Below, one piece after another: positions 11,920-24,664 of a DNA stretch of 64,000 bases. This DNA comes from Sphyrna mokarran (taxonomy: Eukaryota). Where the stretch lies: assembly GCA_024679065.1 (NCBI GenBank), contig JAGIQG010000013.1:12028001-12092000 (forward strand). Direction: 5' to 3'. The position numbers were made by a program, and so were the translations under genes. Numbering within the stretch: position 1 is the first letter of the stretch; the number at the start of each line of letters is the position of its first letter. The notes below the pieces were generated by a model. It was not told the DNA's origin and ran no database searches. It saw nothing but the letters and a program-made list of their open reading frames with translations.

Positions 11920-12200
11920 TCTGAAAATTATATCACATGCAGCAATTGCTTTTGAATGCAACAATGTTGCTATCTATGCAAATACTGCACATTTTGCGTG
12001 CAGCAATAAGCCAAACACACCGTGTGTTAGTTAGGAAGGAATAATATGTACCTAAACTGCTGGAATAACCATAAGATGCTTCACTTGAAAGCCAACACCT
12101 CTGACAACTCAATCCTCATTCAGCATTTCCCTGGAGTGTCAGACATTTGTACATTCAATCATTTAAGTGCAAGTAAGAATATTATCCACAGAGTTAAATT
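11920..12200 (-). mobile_element. DeuSINE relic
   Basis: gcttttgaatgc...cacattttgcgtgcagcaa...gaaagccaacacctctgacaac...ctggagtgtcag. Confidence 0.45.
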
Positions 12201-12624
12201 GACTTTAAAAGGCTGATTGGTACATGATAGCTTTGGCAATTAGTGCTTGATGATATTACTGTCTGCAGTGTCATTCCTGCCTCCTTCCGTGTAACTGTAA
12301 AGTACTTTGGAACATAGTGACATTACAATGGAAGGATTTGTTCTTCCCTCCCTCTCTCTCTCTCCTTCGTTTCCTCATTCCTCCATTCTTTCTTTCTACT
12401 TTCTTCCTTCATCCCTTCCTCCCCTGCTTCCCACCCTTCTCTCATCTCCTCAAAAAAACTTTTACAAAACCTATTTCTGTGTCCCAGTTCTTTAGTTGCC
12501 AGCGTGATCCTTCTCCCATTTTTACTCAGTGTCCAGTTATCTGTGTTCCAATGAAATATTTTGAGAGGCTTTATTCAATTAGTGTCACTACTTAAATCTG
12601 GTGTTGATTGTCTCTCTTGCTTTT

Positions 12625-12896
12625 CAAGTGCAAGTTTATTTATTGGTCACAAATAAGGCTTACATTAAGACTGCAATTAATTTACTGGGCAATTGCCCAC
12701 ACTTAGGCATCTGTTCGGTTCAATACACCTAACCAGCACATTTTTCAGACTGTGGGAGGAAACCAGATAAAACCTGTGCTGACAGGGGGAGAATGTGCAA
12801 GCTTCACATCGACATTGACCCAAGCTGGGAATTGAACCCAGGTCCCTGGCGACTGTGAGGCAGCAGAGCTAACCATTGTGCTACCATGCTGCTCCA
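12625..12896 (-). mobile_element. V-SINE, Rex1-type tail
   Basis: gtttatttattggtcacaaataaggcttacattaa...gggaattgaacccagg...gctaaccattgtgctaccatgctgc. Confidence 0.9.
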
Positions 12897-13669
12897 CGGG
12901 ACACTTGATGTGGTAAATGTTAGTGTGTAGTGCTCCCCTGATCTATGATTTGCACAACAGATACCATTATTGGAAACTTTGAGTGCATCTGGTTTCTAAC
13001 CCTTGTGATTAATGAACAAGAAAATGCTTGAGCCATGAATTGTTGCATGGTTTTGGCACTTAGAGTCCTTGTATTCATCCCTATTGTACAAATCTCTGCA
13101 CCAGTAAATATTGAAATGTACCTCTGTATCATTTTTTCTGTCTGGTCATAAACAACTGCCCTGACAACAATTGAAGATGGATAGCTATTATTGTTTTCCT
13201 TCTACTTCCATACCGAGGATTGTGTTCTGTTATTAAAGGGTTCTTCCATGGAATTAATGTTAGGAAGCACAACTTGTACAGCCAGATGGATTGTGTTACT
13301 GTCTTAGAGAAATAATGTTCGTAAGTCTACAAATTAATTGAAGAGCATCTCCATAAGACATCACTGGCCATCTGGAGCTTGTCTCTCTTTATCCAAACAG
13401 TTCCAAAGAAGAAATGAGAAGTAGAGACAAATAGGTTTGCTCAGTACATTTATTCGAATTATTAAAGCTATTGAGGTACAATGTAGTTGCTCACTTTGTC
13501 ATCCTTATTTCTCAATATAAATTGATTTACGTGATCATGATTCTTCCTTTCCTCTGGCATCTTTCCAAAGAATAATACACATGTATGTGATTTCCAGGTG
13601 AGAGTCCTTTAAAGTCTGACTCTGCTGAAATCATGATTTGTACAATGTTTGTGTGACTCTGTTATGTTT

Positions 13670-13932
13670 TATACCTGATTCATTAATTTCCTTAAGGGTA
13701 AGGTGTCTGCAGCCTCTTTCCTAGTTTGGCCGACATGTACTCACGACAATATGATTGACTCTCAACTACCCTCTGAAAGGCCTCACAAGCCATTCAGTTG
13801 TATCGAACTGCTATTGAACAGTCAATATTGGGTGCAGTGCAGCAGATTGAGAAAGCATCAAGGGCAGCTGGGGATGAGTAAAAAATCATGGTGGCTTTGC
13901 CAGCGATGCCTACATCCTATGACTGAATAAAA
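13670..13932 (+). mobile_element. SINE family B, 3' half
   Basis: ttgactctcaactaccctctgaaaggcc...gccagcgatgcctacatcctatgactgaataaaa. Confidence 0.7.
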
Positions 13933-14004
13933 GAAAATCTGAGAAAGTTTGTGGATGATGTTAATGTTGTGTGATGGTGTAAAATGATTTGGATATATAT
14001 TCCT

Positions 14005-14175
14005 GTTTTTTCACTGTTGCTGGGTCAAAATCCCTGTGAGTATATGTGCGCAATAGGGACTGCAGCAGTTCAAAAAGGTAACTCATCACCACATTCTCAA
14101 GGGGTAATTAAAGATGGGCAACAAATAGTGGTCTAGCTAGTGATGCCCACATCTCTCAATGAATTTAAAAAAATA
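14005..14175 (+). mobile_element. LINE B 3' end
   Basis: gggtcaaaatccc...gactgcagcagttcaaaaagg...gatgggcaacaaat...gatgcccacatc. Confidence 0.8.
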
Positions 14176-14827
14176 AACATTTCCCTTCCCATTTTTATTT
14201 CCATTAAGATCTACTTTTAATTTCAGTAAAAGATTAATTGATGTGAACCACAAGGGCCAATAATGCAGGCATCGTGAATGAAATAAATATCAAATGAAGC
14301 GACTCTGTTACAATTTACACTCCTTTCCTTCAATCACTTATCTAGCCTGTTCTTAAATATATACACAGTCTCTACTGTGAAGAATACTTGTACATTTCAC
14401 AATACATGGCTAGCTCTGTTCTAACTCTAAGACACTATCTGTATCAATGTTCCTGAGTTGTAAATTGCTTAAAAATCTGGAGCTAACAGCAAAGAAACCT
14501 CGTGGAATACATTTAAGTGTTACATTCAAGGATAGGGCACCACTTGGGCTGGAGTGAAAATGATAGAGCAAGGCTGGTGGTGAGGCTTTGCTGCTCATTG
14601 TTCCCTTAGATCTGGAGGAAATATAAGTCAAAATAAATACCTATCAGAAGTAACTATTTTCCATGTACTTTATCCCATTCTTTCATATTTTTAAAAGCCT
14701 CTATTGAATCATTCTGTGACCTCTATATTCAAATGAAAATAGTTACATTTTGTTAAGTTTTATATTATTTCACGTCAGCTAACAGTCTTGTGAGCCTGTG
14801 CTTACATATATATGCATGTAGATGCAC

Positions 14828-15430
14828 AGAACCTCTACAGCCCAGCAGGAGGCCTTTCAGCCCATCGAGTCTGCACTGTGACTCTGTATAAACATTCTGC
14901 CTAATCCCACTCCTCTGTTTTATCCCTGTAACATTGCACATTCTTTCTTTTCAGACAGCAATAGTATTCCATTTTGCATACCTCGATCAAATCTGCTCCA
15001 CCCACTCAGGAAGTTTGTTCCAGACTCCAACCCCCCTTTGGGCAAAAAATATTTCCTCACATCACTTTTACTCCTTATGTCCATTACCTCGAATCTGTGT
15101 CCTCTAGTTTTTGATACTCTCTTGAATGTAATCAGTTTGTCATCATGTACACTGTCTAAATCCTTCAGGATCTTGAAAACCTCGATCAAGTTTCCTCTCA
15201 CCCTCCTTTACTCCAAGGAAACCCAAACTCTCCAATCTATGAGGCTATTTGGTCCAACGAGTCCATGCTTGTTTTTATGCTCCAGCCAAACCTCCCTCCA
15301 TCTTTCCTCATCTAAATCTACAAGCATACTTCCATTCCCTTCATTCATATGCTTATCCAACCTTCCCTTAAATAAATCTTATAATATTTGCCTCAACTAT
15401 TTCCTGTGGTAGGCATATTCTCACAACCAT
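14828..15430 (-). mobile_element. Two adjacent CR1 3' fragments
   Basis: ORF 14920-15201 RGNLIEVFKILK...KTRGHRFEV; second CR1 tail at ~15240-15430. Confidence 0.85.
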
Positions 15431-15444
15431 TTTTCTTTATTCTT

Positions 15445-15780
15445 TTAAGGGAAGGAGGCCAGCATTTGTTGTCCATCCCTAAATGTGCTTGAACTGAGTG
15501 ACCTGCTGGACCATTTCAGAGTCAAGCACCTCACTGTGGGGATCTGGAATCAGACCAAGTGAGGATGGCAGATTTTCTTCCCTAAAGGGACATGGTAAAA
15601 CGAGATGCCTTTTTATGATGATTGATAGTAATTGTCATGGTCACCATTACTTATGAAACTATACTTTCAAATTTATGAATAGGATTCAAATTCTATCAGC
15701 TTCTGTAGTGGGATTTGAACCTTAGATTAGGTCTCTGGATGGTGAGTCCAGTGATGTTACCACTGTGTCACATTCTCCCT
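15445..15780 (-). mobile_element. SINE family B
   Basis: ggccagcatttgttgtccatccct...ttccctaaagggac...gtgggatttgaacc. Confidence 0.8.
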
Positions 15781-16304
15781 GAAAGAAAGATAAATAGTTT
15801 CTTCTGATTGCTTATTTGATTTTTTGATTCTATAATAGAATTTGACATTTTTAAATGTGAGAACAAATTGTGTTGTATTCTCTTTATTGCTTCAATACAA
15901 TTCCAATAGAATCAGTCCCAAGCTGTACATATTGCACTAACTGTGGTCTGACTAAACTGTTACATAGATCTACCATTACATTCCAACTTTTTCATTTCAT
16001 TCCGCCTGCCATTAAGCACCATTAACATTTTATGGTCTTAGTCATTTGATTTATTATCTTGATTCTGAATCCCAAATATGTTGATTATCCCATTAAAAGG
16101 ATTCTATCATTTTCCCTTTGGAAGCATTAAATATTATTTCCATTTTTTGAATACAAAATTTGCGACCTAATTTTTACTAATATTGGCTTAGAGCTTTTTT
16201 TATAAAATGGGCGCTATGGACAAGTTGGGCAAAGGGCCTGTTTCCAGCTGGAAACTTCTATGATAATTCTAATGAAACCTTATGTCATCCCCTCTGGTGA
16301 GCTT

Positions 16305-16558
16305 GTTTATTTGCTAGTGTCACAAGTAGGCTTACCTTCACACTGCAATGAAGTTACTGTGAAAATCCCCCAGTTGCCATACCCTGGCGCTTATTTGGAT
16401 ACACTGAGGGAGAATTTAGCATGGCCACCTAACCAGCAGATTATGGGAGGAAACCAGACCACCTGGAGGAAACAGACTCTGCACATATAGTGACCCAAGT
16501 TGGAAATTGAACCCAGGTCCTGGTGCTGTGAGGCAGCAGTGCTAACCATCATGTGCCC
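16305..16558 (-). mobile_element. V-SINE, Rex1-type tail
   Basis: gtcacaagtaggcttac...gttactgtgaaaatcccc...ctgagggagaatttagcatgg...ttgaacccagg. Confidence 0.9.
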
Positions 16559-17239
16559 TTTGATTTGATGGTGGGGGAGGGTCGAGACCCTGCCACCATC
16601 CACTTCCATCCTGTCTCATTCCAATGGTGAAAGCTGTTTATGGACAGCTTTCCAGCCCCCACTGCAAATTCAGATCCTTAAGATGGCCATTAACACTGGC
16701 ACTAGTATTAACCCAGCAACAGGTCAGGGATCGTCAAACAGGCTGTATAATAAGCAAACTCATGTGGAGTTGTTTCCAGGCTCCCAGGAGGAGTGTCTCA
16801 GTAAAAGGTACTCAGTGCCTGATAGAGGGTCCTAGCATCAGTAAGGGGCGTTCACTAAGAGTCAACCCCTAACCCTTGCTGCCAACTTTCTTCAAATCTC
16901 TTCTCTATGAACTCCCCCATCACCTGCCATCATTCACATCTAGCCTGGGACCCACCAGTGATGTAGACATCAGGTGATGTTGTACTAGCAGTAGCTCATT
17001 GCCAGAAGGTCATGGCAGGCAGGATTTCTGCCCCTGAGGTCCCTGATCCTGGAGGGAGGTTGTTTGTTGGTGATAAAACCACCAGCTCATTGTTTCTCCT
17101 CAAATGAAATTTCTGGGAGGTGTAAAGTGACTTGTCAGTTTTACACAACGGACATAAGTTAACATTTATCCCAATGGATGGAATATCGTGGAGCCATGTG
17201 TCAGCTGAGATTCCGTCCATTGGGATAAATTTCATTTGA

Positions 17240-17620
17240 GGGGAGGTGATGACCTAATGGTTGTACTGCTAGATTATTAATCCAGAAACTCACTGGACCC
17301 GGATTCGAATCCCACCAATGGCAGATTGTGGAATTTGAACTTAATAAAAATATCTGGAATTAAGAACTTACTGATGACCATGAAACCATTGTTGATTGTC
17401 AGAAAAACTGATCGGGTTCACTGATGTCCTTTAGGGAAGGAAATCTAATGTTCTTACCTAGACTGGCCTACGTAAGTCCAGGGCCACAGCAATGTGGTTG
17501 ACTCTCAACTGCTGCCCTGAAATGGCCTAGCAAATTTCTCAATTCAAGCGCGATTAGGGATGGGCAATAAATGCTTGCCTAGCCAATGTTGTCAGTGTCC
17601 CATGAATTAATAAAAAAAAT
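17240..17620 (+). mobile_element. SINE family B, full length, inside a degenerate TIR element (~16560-17687)
   Basis: A box tgacctaatgg, B box ggattcgaatccc, tail gggatgggcaataaatgc. Confidence 0.9.
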
Positions 17621-17919
17621 GTCATTTCCATTGGTTCCAGTGGAATTCAGCTGATTTTCCTGATAAAATGGAGTGAAAATCTGCCCATGAATTCCATTGG
17701 CCAGTGCTTTTATGCCTATTCCATTGGATTATCAACATCATTCTTTCAGCCTCATTTATCTTCTCTTCTATTAGTATGTTCTACAAGTTTGAATGTAATT
17801 CCCTCTAGCCCTATCTTGCAACAGTAAAACAGATTGAAGACTAAAGGTCAGAGAATAATTGACATCAGAAACCATGTGGTTTTTTTCTTGGTATCCATCC
17901 AAGTGTGAATGAGCTGTCA

Positions 17920-18255
17920 GAAGATCTTGAGTTAAAAACAAACCTCTCATGGGATACGGATGTCACATCATAATTGTCCTTGAATGGTTTGCTCAGCCAT
18001 TCCAGAGGGCAATTAGTAGCCAACCACATTGCCGTTGGTTTGGAGTTACACATAGAGCAGGTAAGGATGGCAGATTTCTTTTCTGAGAACACATGAGTAA
18101 ATTAGATGGGCATTGATCATCATGGTCTCAATCATTATTGAGACTAACCTCCAGCTCCAGAATGTTTTTATTATCTGAATTTATACTTAAATAAATTCCA
18201 GCTTTTACCACGTCACCGGATTTGAATCATTGCTGTCTGGATTATCTGCTCAGTT
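17920..18255 (-). mobile_element. SINE family B, decayed
   Basis: ccattccagagggcaatt...caaccacattgc...ggatggcagatttc. Confidence 0.7.
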
Positions 18256-18257
18256 AT

Positions 18258-18670
18258 ACAAACATACAAATTAGGAGCATGAGTTGAGCCTATGTTGCTA
18301 TTCAATAATATCATGGCTCATCCGTTTGTGTTTCAAGTTCCACATTTCCATCTACCCTCGATAATTTTTGATTCCCTTGCCTAACAAGGGAATTTACATC
18401 TGACTTAAAAAAATCAACAACCCCACTCCATGGCTTTCTGAGACACAGAAACCGCAAAACCCTCTGAAAAAAATTTTTTTCCTCATCTCTGTCGTATAAT
18501 GGTGATCCCCTCAATGCCCCCCTAGTTCTGGACTCACCCAAGAGGAAATATCCTTTCTACATACACCATATCAAGATCACTGGGGATGTGATACACTTCA
18601 ATCACTCTTTTAAACTCCAGTGGAAATAATCCCAGCCCTTCCACCTACCCTCAGAAGACAATCTCCTAGA
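18258..18670 (-). mobile_element. CR1 3' fragment
   Basis: ORF 18311-18541 begins GESRTRG...NFFQRV; CR1 tail. Confidence 0.8.
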
Positions 18671-19827
18671 GGGAGACTCACTGCTGGCCTGTAAACTGTT
18701 TGAATGAGAGTCATAACACCACCATCTCTACCTAGGGTAGTACAATTCCAATTCTGAGCATGACAGAGCTTTACAGAGGGTTAAAACTTATTGAAAGGTA
18801 TTTGAGATGAGGAAACTGAACCTTTTCAAGGAGAGGGTTGAGTGATGTAGGAGATGTGGAGGTTTCATTAGAGGTCGGAAGCAAAGTCCTTTGACAATCT
18901 AAAAAATTAAGTAGTCTGATGAATAGGAAGTGATCTGGTGCTTTGGAATTCCACATTTGGGGTTGAGCATATGTTTATCTGGGTCAGCTTTAATACAACT
19001 AAACTGCACAATTAAAAGAGTTGACTAATATTTATAAATGGACGTGGCAGAATGTGGCTGCATGGAGATCCCTGTGGAACAACAAACTAGTGGAGCTGCG
19101 TTGCTTTGTCAAGATAGCCAAATTCAATGAATATAATTAATATTTATTTCATGCCACTAATGAATTGCACCGGTTAGTCATAACTACAGACATGATGAAG
19201 GAAACAGATTTGAATTATGGTGGGAAAACGTATGGTTTTGGTATCGACTGTATAAATATTTGAGTTAACTCTTAGATCCAGCGTCACAGCTCACTGTTTT
19301 GCAAGGAATAAAAATAACATGCCTCAGCAGGAGAAGGTTGATGTTCTTGTGAGAAAGCTGCTGTTTCATTTGTGTCATTTCAATATGAGTTAGCATCGTC
19401 TAGAAATCCTTGGAAGTTTTATGGGAATGTCAACTAGCGCAAGGTGGCTAGGAAATGGTGCCAAATTAAGCAGAATGAATCTCGTGTTGCGTGGATGTAA
19501 CAAGATGAATGATCTGGGAACTGACATCAGTGACCCAGGAACTGCGGCGATTATTTCACATGCGTGATGTGAGGTAACACGGTTATAATTCACTTGTCAG
19601 CATTTTTTTTGTATTTTTACTCAGCAATTACCATTCAAATGTTGGCCCTTGGAAAGTAATTCTGCTCTGAGAAAAATGAAAGAATTCTGAGGAAAATACA
19701 GAGTTAATGGCCTAGAGCTTCTTGAGTGGGTGTTGTGGAACTGGGAACATATGTGCTTGTGTGTGTGTGCGTGGGTGTGTGGGTGTGCGTGTTTGGGGGG
19801 AGGGGGAGAGTGGGATGGGTGGACTGT

Positions 19828-20417
19828 GTTCGACGTTGATGCTATAGATAAGAAAGCCCATCAATGCCTCTACTTCCTCAGGAGGCTAAGGAAATTTGGC
19901 ATGTCAGCTACAACTCTCACCAAGTTTTACAGATGCACCGTTATATACATGCTTTTTGGAGGTATCACAGCTTGGTATGGCTCCTGCCCTAACTGAGACT
20001 GAATGAAACCACAAAGGGTATGAACGAAGCCCATTCCATCAGGCAAACAGACCTCCCATCCATTGACTCCCAGCTGCCTTGGAAAAGCAGTCAGCATAAT
20101 CAACAATCCCATGTACCCTGGATATTCTCTCTTCCAGCTCCTTCCATCAGGAAAAAAAGTACAAAAGTCTGACATACCAACCGACTCAAGAACAGCTTCT
20201 TTCCTGCTGCCATCAGACTTTTGAATAGACCTATCTTATTTTAAGTTGATCTTTCCCGACACCCTAGCTATGACTGTAACACTACATTCTGCACTCTCTC
20301 TCTTTCGCTCTCCCCTATGTACTCTATTAGTGGTATGCATAGTCTAGATAACATGCAAGAAACAATACTTTTCACTGTATCCCAGTGTATGTAGAATAAT
20401 AAATCAAATTAATTCAA
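19828..20417 (+). mobile_element. Rex1/Babar LINE 3' fragment
   Basis: KKAHQCLYFLRRLRKFGMS...FYRCT...ITAWYG, then tail aataaatcaaa. Confidence 0.9.
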
Positions 20418-20418
20418 A

Positions 20419-20724
20419 TTGCTGCAGGTCTCACACCCCCATATCACAGATTTTACATCGGCCATGATAGATCCCAGATATTTTTTGTGTGCATATTGTT
20501 GTTGTAGAAAATGGCAGTGATTTAAAGCTCTTCCCATGATTTGCAATATGTTTTGGTCACAATGTGCTGCTCCATCTTCCAAGATGTATTGGAAGGTATG
20601 ATGCTTTCTGTAACGTGGTAAGGTTGCTGGCCTTTCCTGACTATATAACTGATCTTGCAATGAGTGGTGGTGTTTGTACCTCTATGTATGGACAGATTGG
20701 AGTTCCATTCCTCTGCATTCAAGC
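20419..20724 (-). pseudogene. Possible decayed Ginger/GIN-like integrase N-terminal (H2C2) fragment
   Basis: ALNHCH...KKYLGSIMADVKSVIWGCETCS resembles the integrase H...YYW..I..DVK..I..CxxC motif; needs frameshifts. Confidence 0.35.
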
Positions 20725-20964
20725 CTGCAGAAAGAAACTACTGGAAGTTTTGATCCAGTGAGCATTTAAACACAACAAAACCCGTGATACCTGTGCATCT
20801 ATTTGAAAGATCTATCCGCATGGTCTATTCTATTGTGCTTTCATCAAATCATTTTAATGTATTTTTTTTACATTTCAATAATCTGCACAAAATAAATTCC
20901 CCTCTCTCTGCATTCTTATGGTGGTGACTGTGAATGTATGACTCAGTGTTAATGACTCACTAAT

Positions 20965-21248
20965 ACTAGGAATGTTTTTTCCCAATTCGCCTTTATCATA
21001 ATCTCTTGTAATTTTGGATCCTTGCCTGAGATATTGTACGCTCAGGATCCCCAACTGGAAAGAAGCATAGTTTATTACAGAATGCAAAGTAAAGCCATTA
21101 CCATGGTGTATACACACCAGTCTCTGTTCGGGACTACTGTTGAGCAGGCCCAGTCCTGGGTCTGCTTTATAAATGGAAGTAAGGAGTTCCAACTGGGCAG
21201 GCTATTGCCTGTTACCAGGGGAACTCAAACTCAATGAGTCCCACAGCA
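20965..21248 (-). mobile_element. LTR-like repeat, copy 1
   Basis: ~200 bp similar to 21805-22008; minus-strand AATAAA; ends in CA. Confidence 0.55.
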
Positions 21249-21279
21249 AGATCAATCACTGATTCCCTATAGATTTTGT

Positions 21280-21620
21280 GGGGTTTTCACAGATATTTAA
21301 TGAAAAGGTTCTAGTTTTTCACTTTTCTTCTTCAAACTGAAACCTATCTTTTTGATATATAAAACAACTGAAGAATGATGGGCTAATGGCCCATCAATGT
21401 GCCCCACAATAACATCATTATGCAGAATCTCTTCTGCAGCTCCTCCAAGCACTTGATATCCTTCCTAAATTGAGGCGTCAAGAAAAGATTATATTCTATC
21501 TGCATTCTAACCAATGATTTCTGTAAATTTAGCATTATCTCTCTGCTTTTGTGCTCCATGGGTGGAATTTTAAGAGACTGATTCAAAGTATCCAGCTGGC
21601 GTGAAAATGGGAGAGTTCCT
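21280..21620 (-). mobile_element. Old CR1 RT fragment
   Basis: ORF 21383-21649 KSREIMLNLQKSLVR...FRKDIKCLEELQKRF. Confidence 0.75.
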
Positions 21621-21799
21621 GATCCATATTTTGGATGAGTTTTATGCATTTAGTCATTGAAAAAATGATGTAGACTGTTTCTAGCTGCTGCAGGCAATGG
21701 GCTGGGTTTAATTCGTTAGCCAGCCTGCATCCCATCCCATAGTCTCTGCCCCCTGTTCGGTATTGCCCAGGCGCTATCATTTCAATGTATTTAAATAAA

Positions 21800-22008
21800 C
21801 TTTTCCCAATTAACCTCATAATCTCCTGTAATTTTGGATTCTTGTGTGAGTTTTGTAAAGACTCAGGAAATCCGACTGGAGAGGAATATAGTTTATTACA
21901 GACTGCAAAGTAAAGCCACTACTGTGGTGTACACCCACTAGCTCCTGTCTGGGACTACAGTCCAGCAGGCTCAGTCCTGGGTCTGCCGCATAAATGGTTA
22001 GATAAGGC
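21800..22008 (-). mobile_element. LTR-like repeat, copy 2 (truncated)
   Basis: tcataatctcctgtaattttgga...tagtttattacagactgcaaagtaaagcca...cagtcctgggtctgc. Confidence 0.55.
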
Positions 22009-22294
22009 CCGACGCTGTCCTTGCCAGAAGTCTGGCTCTTGTAAAATCGTGAGAGCCGAGAAATCGAGCATGATTCTGGCTTTTGTCTCTTGCGTGATTT
22101 TACTAGCTCACTCCACCCATCGACAGGAAGGACGATATGGTATAATTCCGCTCAGTGCATCTATTTATAAAATCTAGCATCCATTTATCTACTTAGTTGC
22201 TTTATCAGCATGTTCTCCCATTTTTAATGCATTATGTAATCAATTCCCGAAGTCCTCGACACTGATAATGGAAACATTCTATGTAAACACTTTC

Positions 22295-22602
22295 TGTCAC
22301 AGTGGGATGACAGGTCTTGCCTAAGGAATTTACTGTACATTCAGAGACTCACCCAGATCTTGTTTGTTAGCTGCACCTGCCTAGAGAGCAATGATAGAAA
22401 AATTCAGCAATCTGTGAGATAACTGCGGTGATTGTCCCTTTAAGGATCAATTGGCAGAGAAAGAGTACCAATCAGATAGAAGGGTGAGGGTTCACTCTGG
22501 TAAGGTCAGGATCCTGTTCCAGAGCCTTGTCTATTTGGCTTTTCCCTGTAAGTAAACGTGTTATTGATTTTCCCTTAACTGGTGAACAAGAATTATGATG
22601 GC
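22295..22602 (+). mobile_element. Probable solo LTR
   Basis: TGTCAC...ATGGCA termini; CCAAT-like motif and agtaaa signal; no TSD seen. Confidence 0.4.
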
Positions 22603-22789
22603 AACAAGACTTTCAAAACATTAAAAACATAAAAGAAGGGGAACTGTGAACTTTGTTGACTTCACCATGAAGTAACTGGTATAAATACAAGGGATTGCCA
22701 ATGAATATTAAAGTTGTGGTATTCTTATTTTCTGTTCTTCACTCGCCCCACTCCTATCCATCATCTTCCTCCTTCAACCAGACCCAACT

Positions 22790-23120
22790 GGGTCATGGTG
22801 GCACTGTATTAACATTGCTGCCTCACGGCGCCAGGAACTCAGGTTCAATTCCTGGCTTGGGTGCCTGTGTGGAGTTTGCACATTCTCCCTATGCCTGTGT
22901 GGGTTTTCTCTGAATGCTCTAGTTTCCTTCCATAAAGTCCAAAGCAAGTTAGGTGGATTGCCCCTTAGTGTTCAAAGATGGATAGGTTAGGATGGATTAG
23001 TCATGATAAATGCGTGGCGTTATGGGGATGGGAAGGAGGGGAGGGCCTGGTGGGATGCTGTTTTGGAGAGTTGGTGCAGACTCGATGGGTTGAATGGCCT
23101 CTTCCAGCACTAAAGCTTCT
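22790..23120 (+). mobile_element. V-SINE HE1-like, CR1-type tail
   Basis: ggttcaattcc B box; gtgtggagtttgcacattctcccc; gtgcagactcgatggg...tggcctcttcc. Confidence 0.9.
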
Positions 23121-23635
23121 GTCTGGGCGGTACTGAAAAGGTCAACATTTATCACCCATCCCTAATTGTCCCGATAGCTTCACCACCTGCCCCCATAATT
23201 CTTCTTCAAATAAAACAGAAAGCCATCAAAGTTTTATAAGGTAACTTTACTGAACACTGCAGAATTTAGGCTATTTTACTGATGCGTCTTTAAGGCTATG
23301 CCAGATTTTAATACTGAAACTTTATATGTTGTAATCTGTTCTAAAAATATCCATCTTTTACACCAACAGCTGTGATTATTGGTTTAAACAGATTAGTGTA
23401 AATTTAATATCCATTTACTAAAATAGAAATGGCTTTACACCTGAGCTAAAACAGCACAGGCATGAACTAAGCCAATCAGAATTGATTTTATGATGCATAA
23501 AATTTAAAGTTCTCATCCTTGTTCTACCTGTAGAAATTTCTGCTTTCCCTTGTCCTAACTGTAACCTTCTTCAGTCCTTGAACCATCTGAGATCTCTCAG
23601 ATGGAGAGGGGTGTGGGGGTGATGGGGTGTGGTTT

Positions 23636-23700
23636 TGTGTGTGGGTGTGTGTATGTGTGTGAGTGTGTGTGTGTATGTGTGTGTGTGTGTGTGTATGTGT
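23636..23700. repeat. (GT)n microsatellite
   Basis: Imperfect gt run. Confidence 0.9.
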
Positions 23701-24664
23701 CTGAAATGAGTTTATGAGCAAAGGTCACATCGCTCCTTCCCTGACAAAATGACGTTAAGACTTGGAAAAAATTGTTGAAAACAGAACATTTTAATCATAA
23801 TAAATATCTACATATAAGACATGGAAATATCTTTAAAGTTTGTTTTTGAATATTTGTGCCTATTGTGCAATAATCATTTTTGTGATTTAATTCTTCTACG
23901 TAGTCAGAGTGTTCCCTATGGGGTTCTGTCAGTACTCGCGGATCTCGAAATGGTTCCATGGCTGGAAGAGTTTGGAAAACCTGGCCGAAGCCCAAACTCT
24001 GTAATTCCCTCCTTAATCCTCTCCATCTCTGTTTCGCTTTCCTTTATTCAGTCATCCTCTTAAATCTATCACTTTTATTAATGGATTGTGATCTAGTAAT
24101 GTTCCTGCAAAGTGCCTTTAGACAGTTTTACCACATTGATTATGTCAATGGGAATTTGTATTGTATATTACTTGGTAATCAATTAAAAATACATTTTTTA
24201 CACTGTTCCTGAAGAGATAAAACAAAACCTCTCTCCAAATTTGTTCACACTGACCTAATTTCCACATTCCAGGTCATTCACCTTCCTCTAAACACTACCT
24301 CACCCACACCCCTCGTCTCCCATCTCTCAACATCTGCCTGACTGAATTATTCCTTTGGAGATACATAAACTGTACTGGCCGAGGAATTGGCTTGTGGGGC
24401 AGGGAGCAATTCCTACATGGGAACAGGTATGCCTGAAATCCATTCAATGTTAGGTATTAAACCTCATTGAGGTCAGGCTGATGCACTGGAGATATGAACT
24501 ATTCATCCTCAAATAGCGTGCCTCAGAGAGGATTGCATCTTTGTGTTGTTGCATCAGTGTTAACAGCCCTCAGTGAAGGAGAAGTGGGTGGAGATCGTTA
24601 GGAAGGTATGGTGACTGGAAGAAAGGAATGTGGGGCAGAAACAGGGGATGAGAGGCGGCAGAGA

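Noticed and set aside
23904-24000. Possible exon (ttcttctacgtAG ... GTaatt)
   Set aside because: No recognisable peptide in any frame; the end gtttggaaaacctg looks like an old hAT-type terminus and runs into an L2-like relic.
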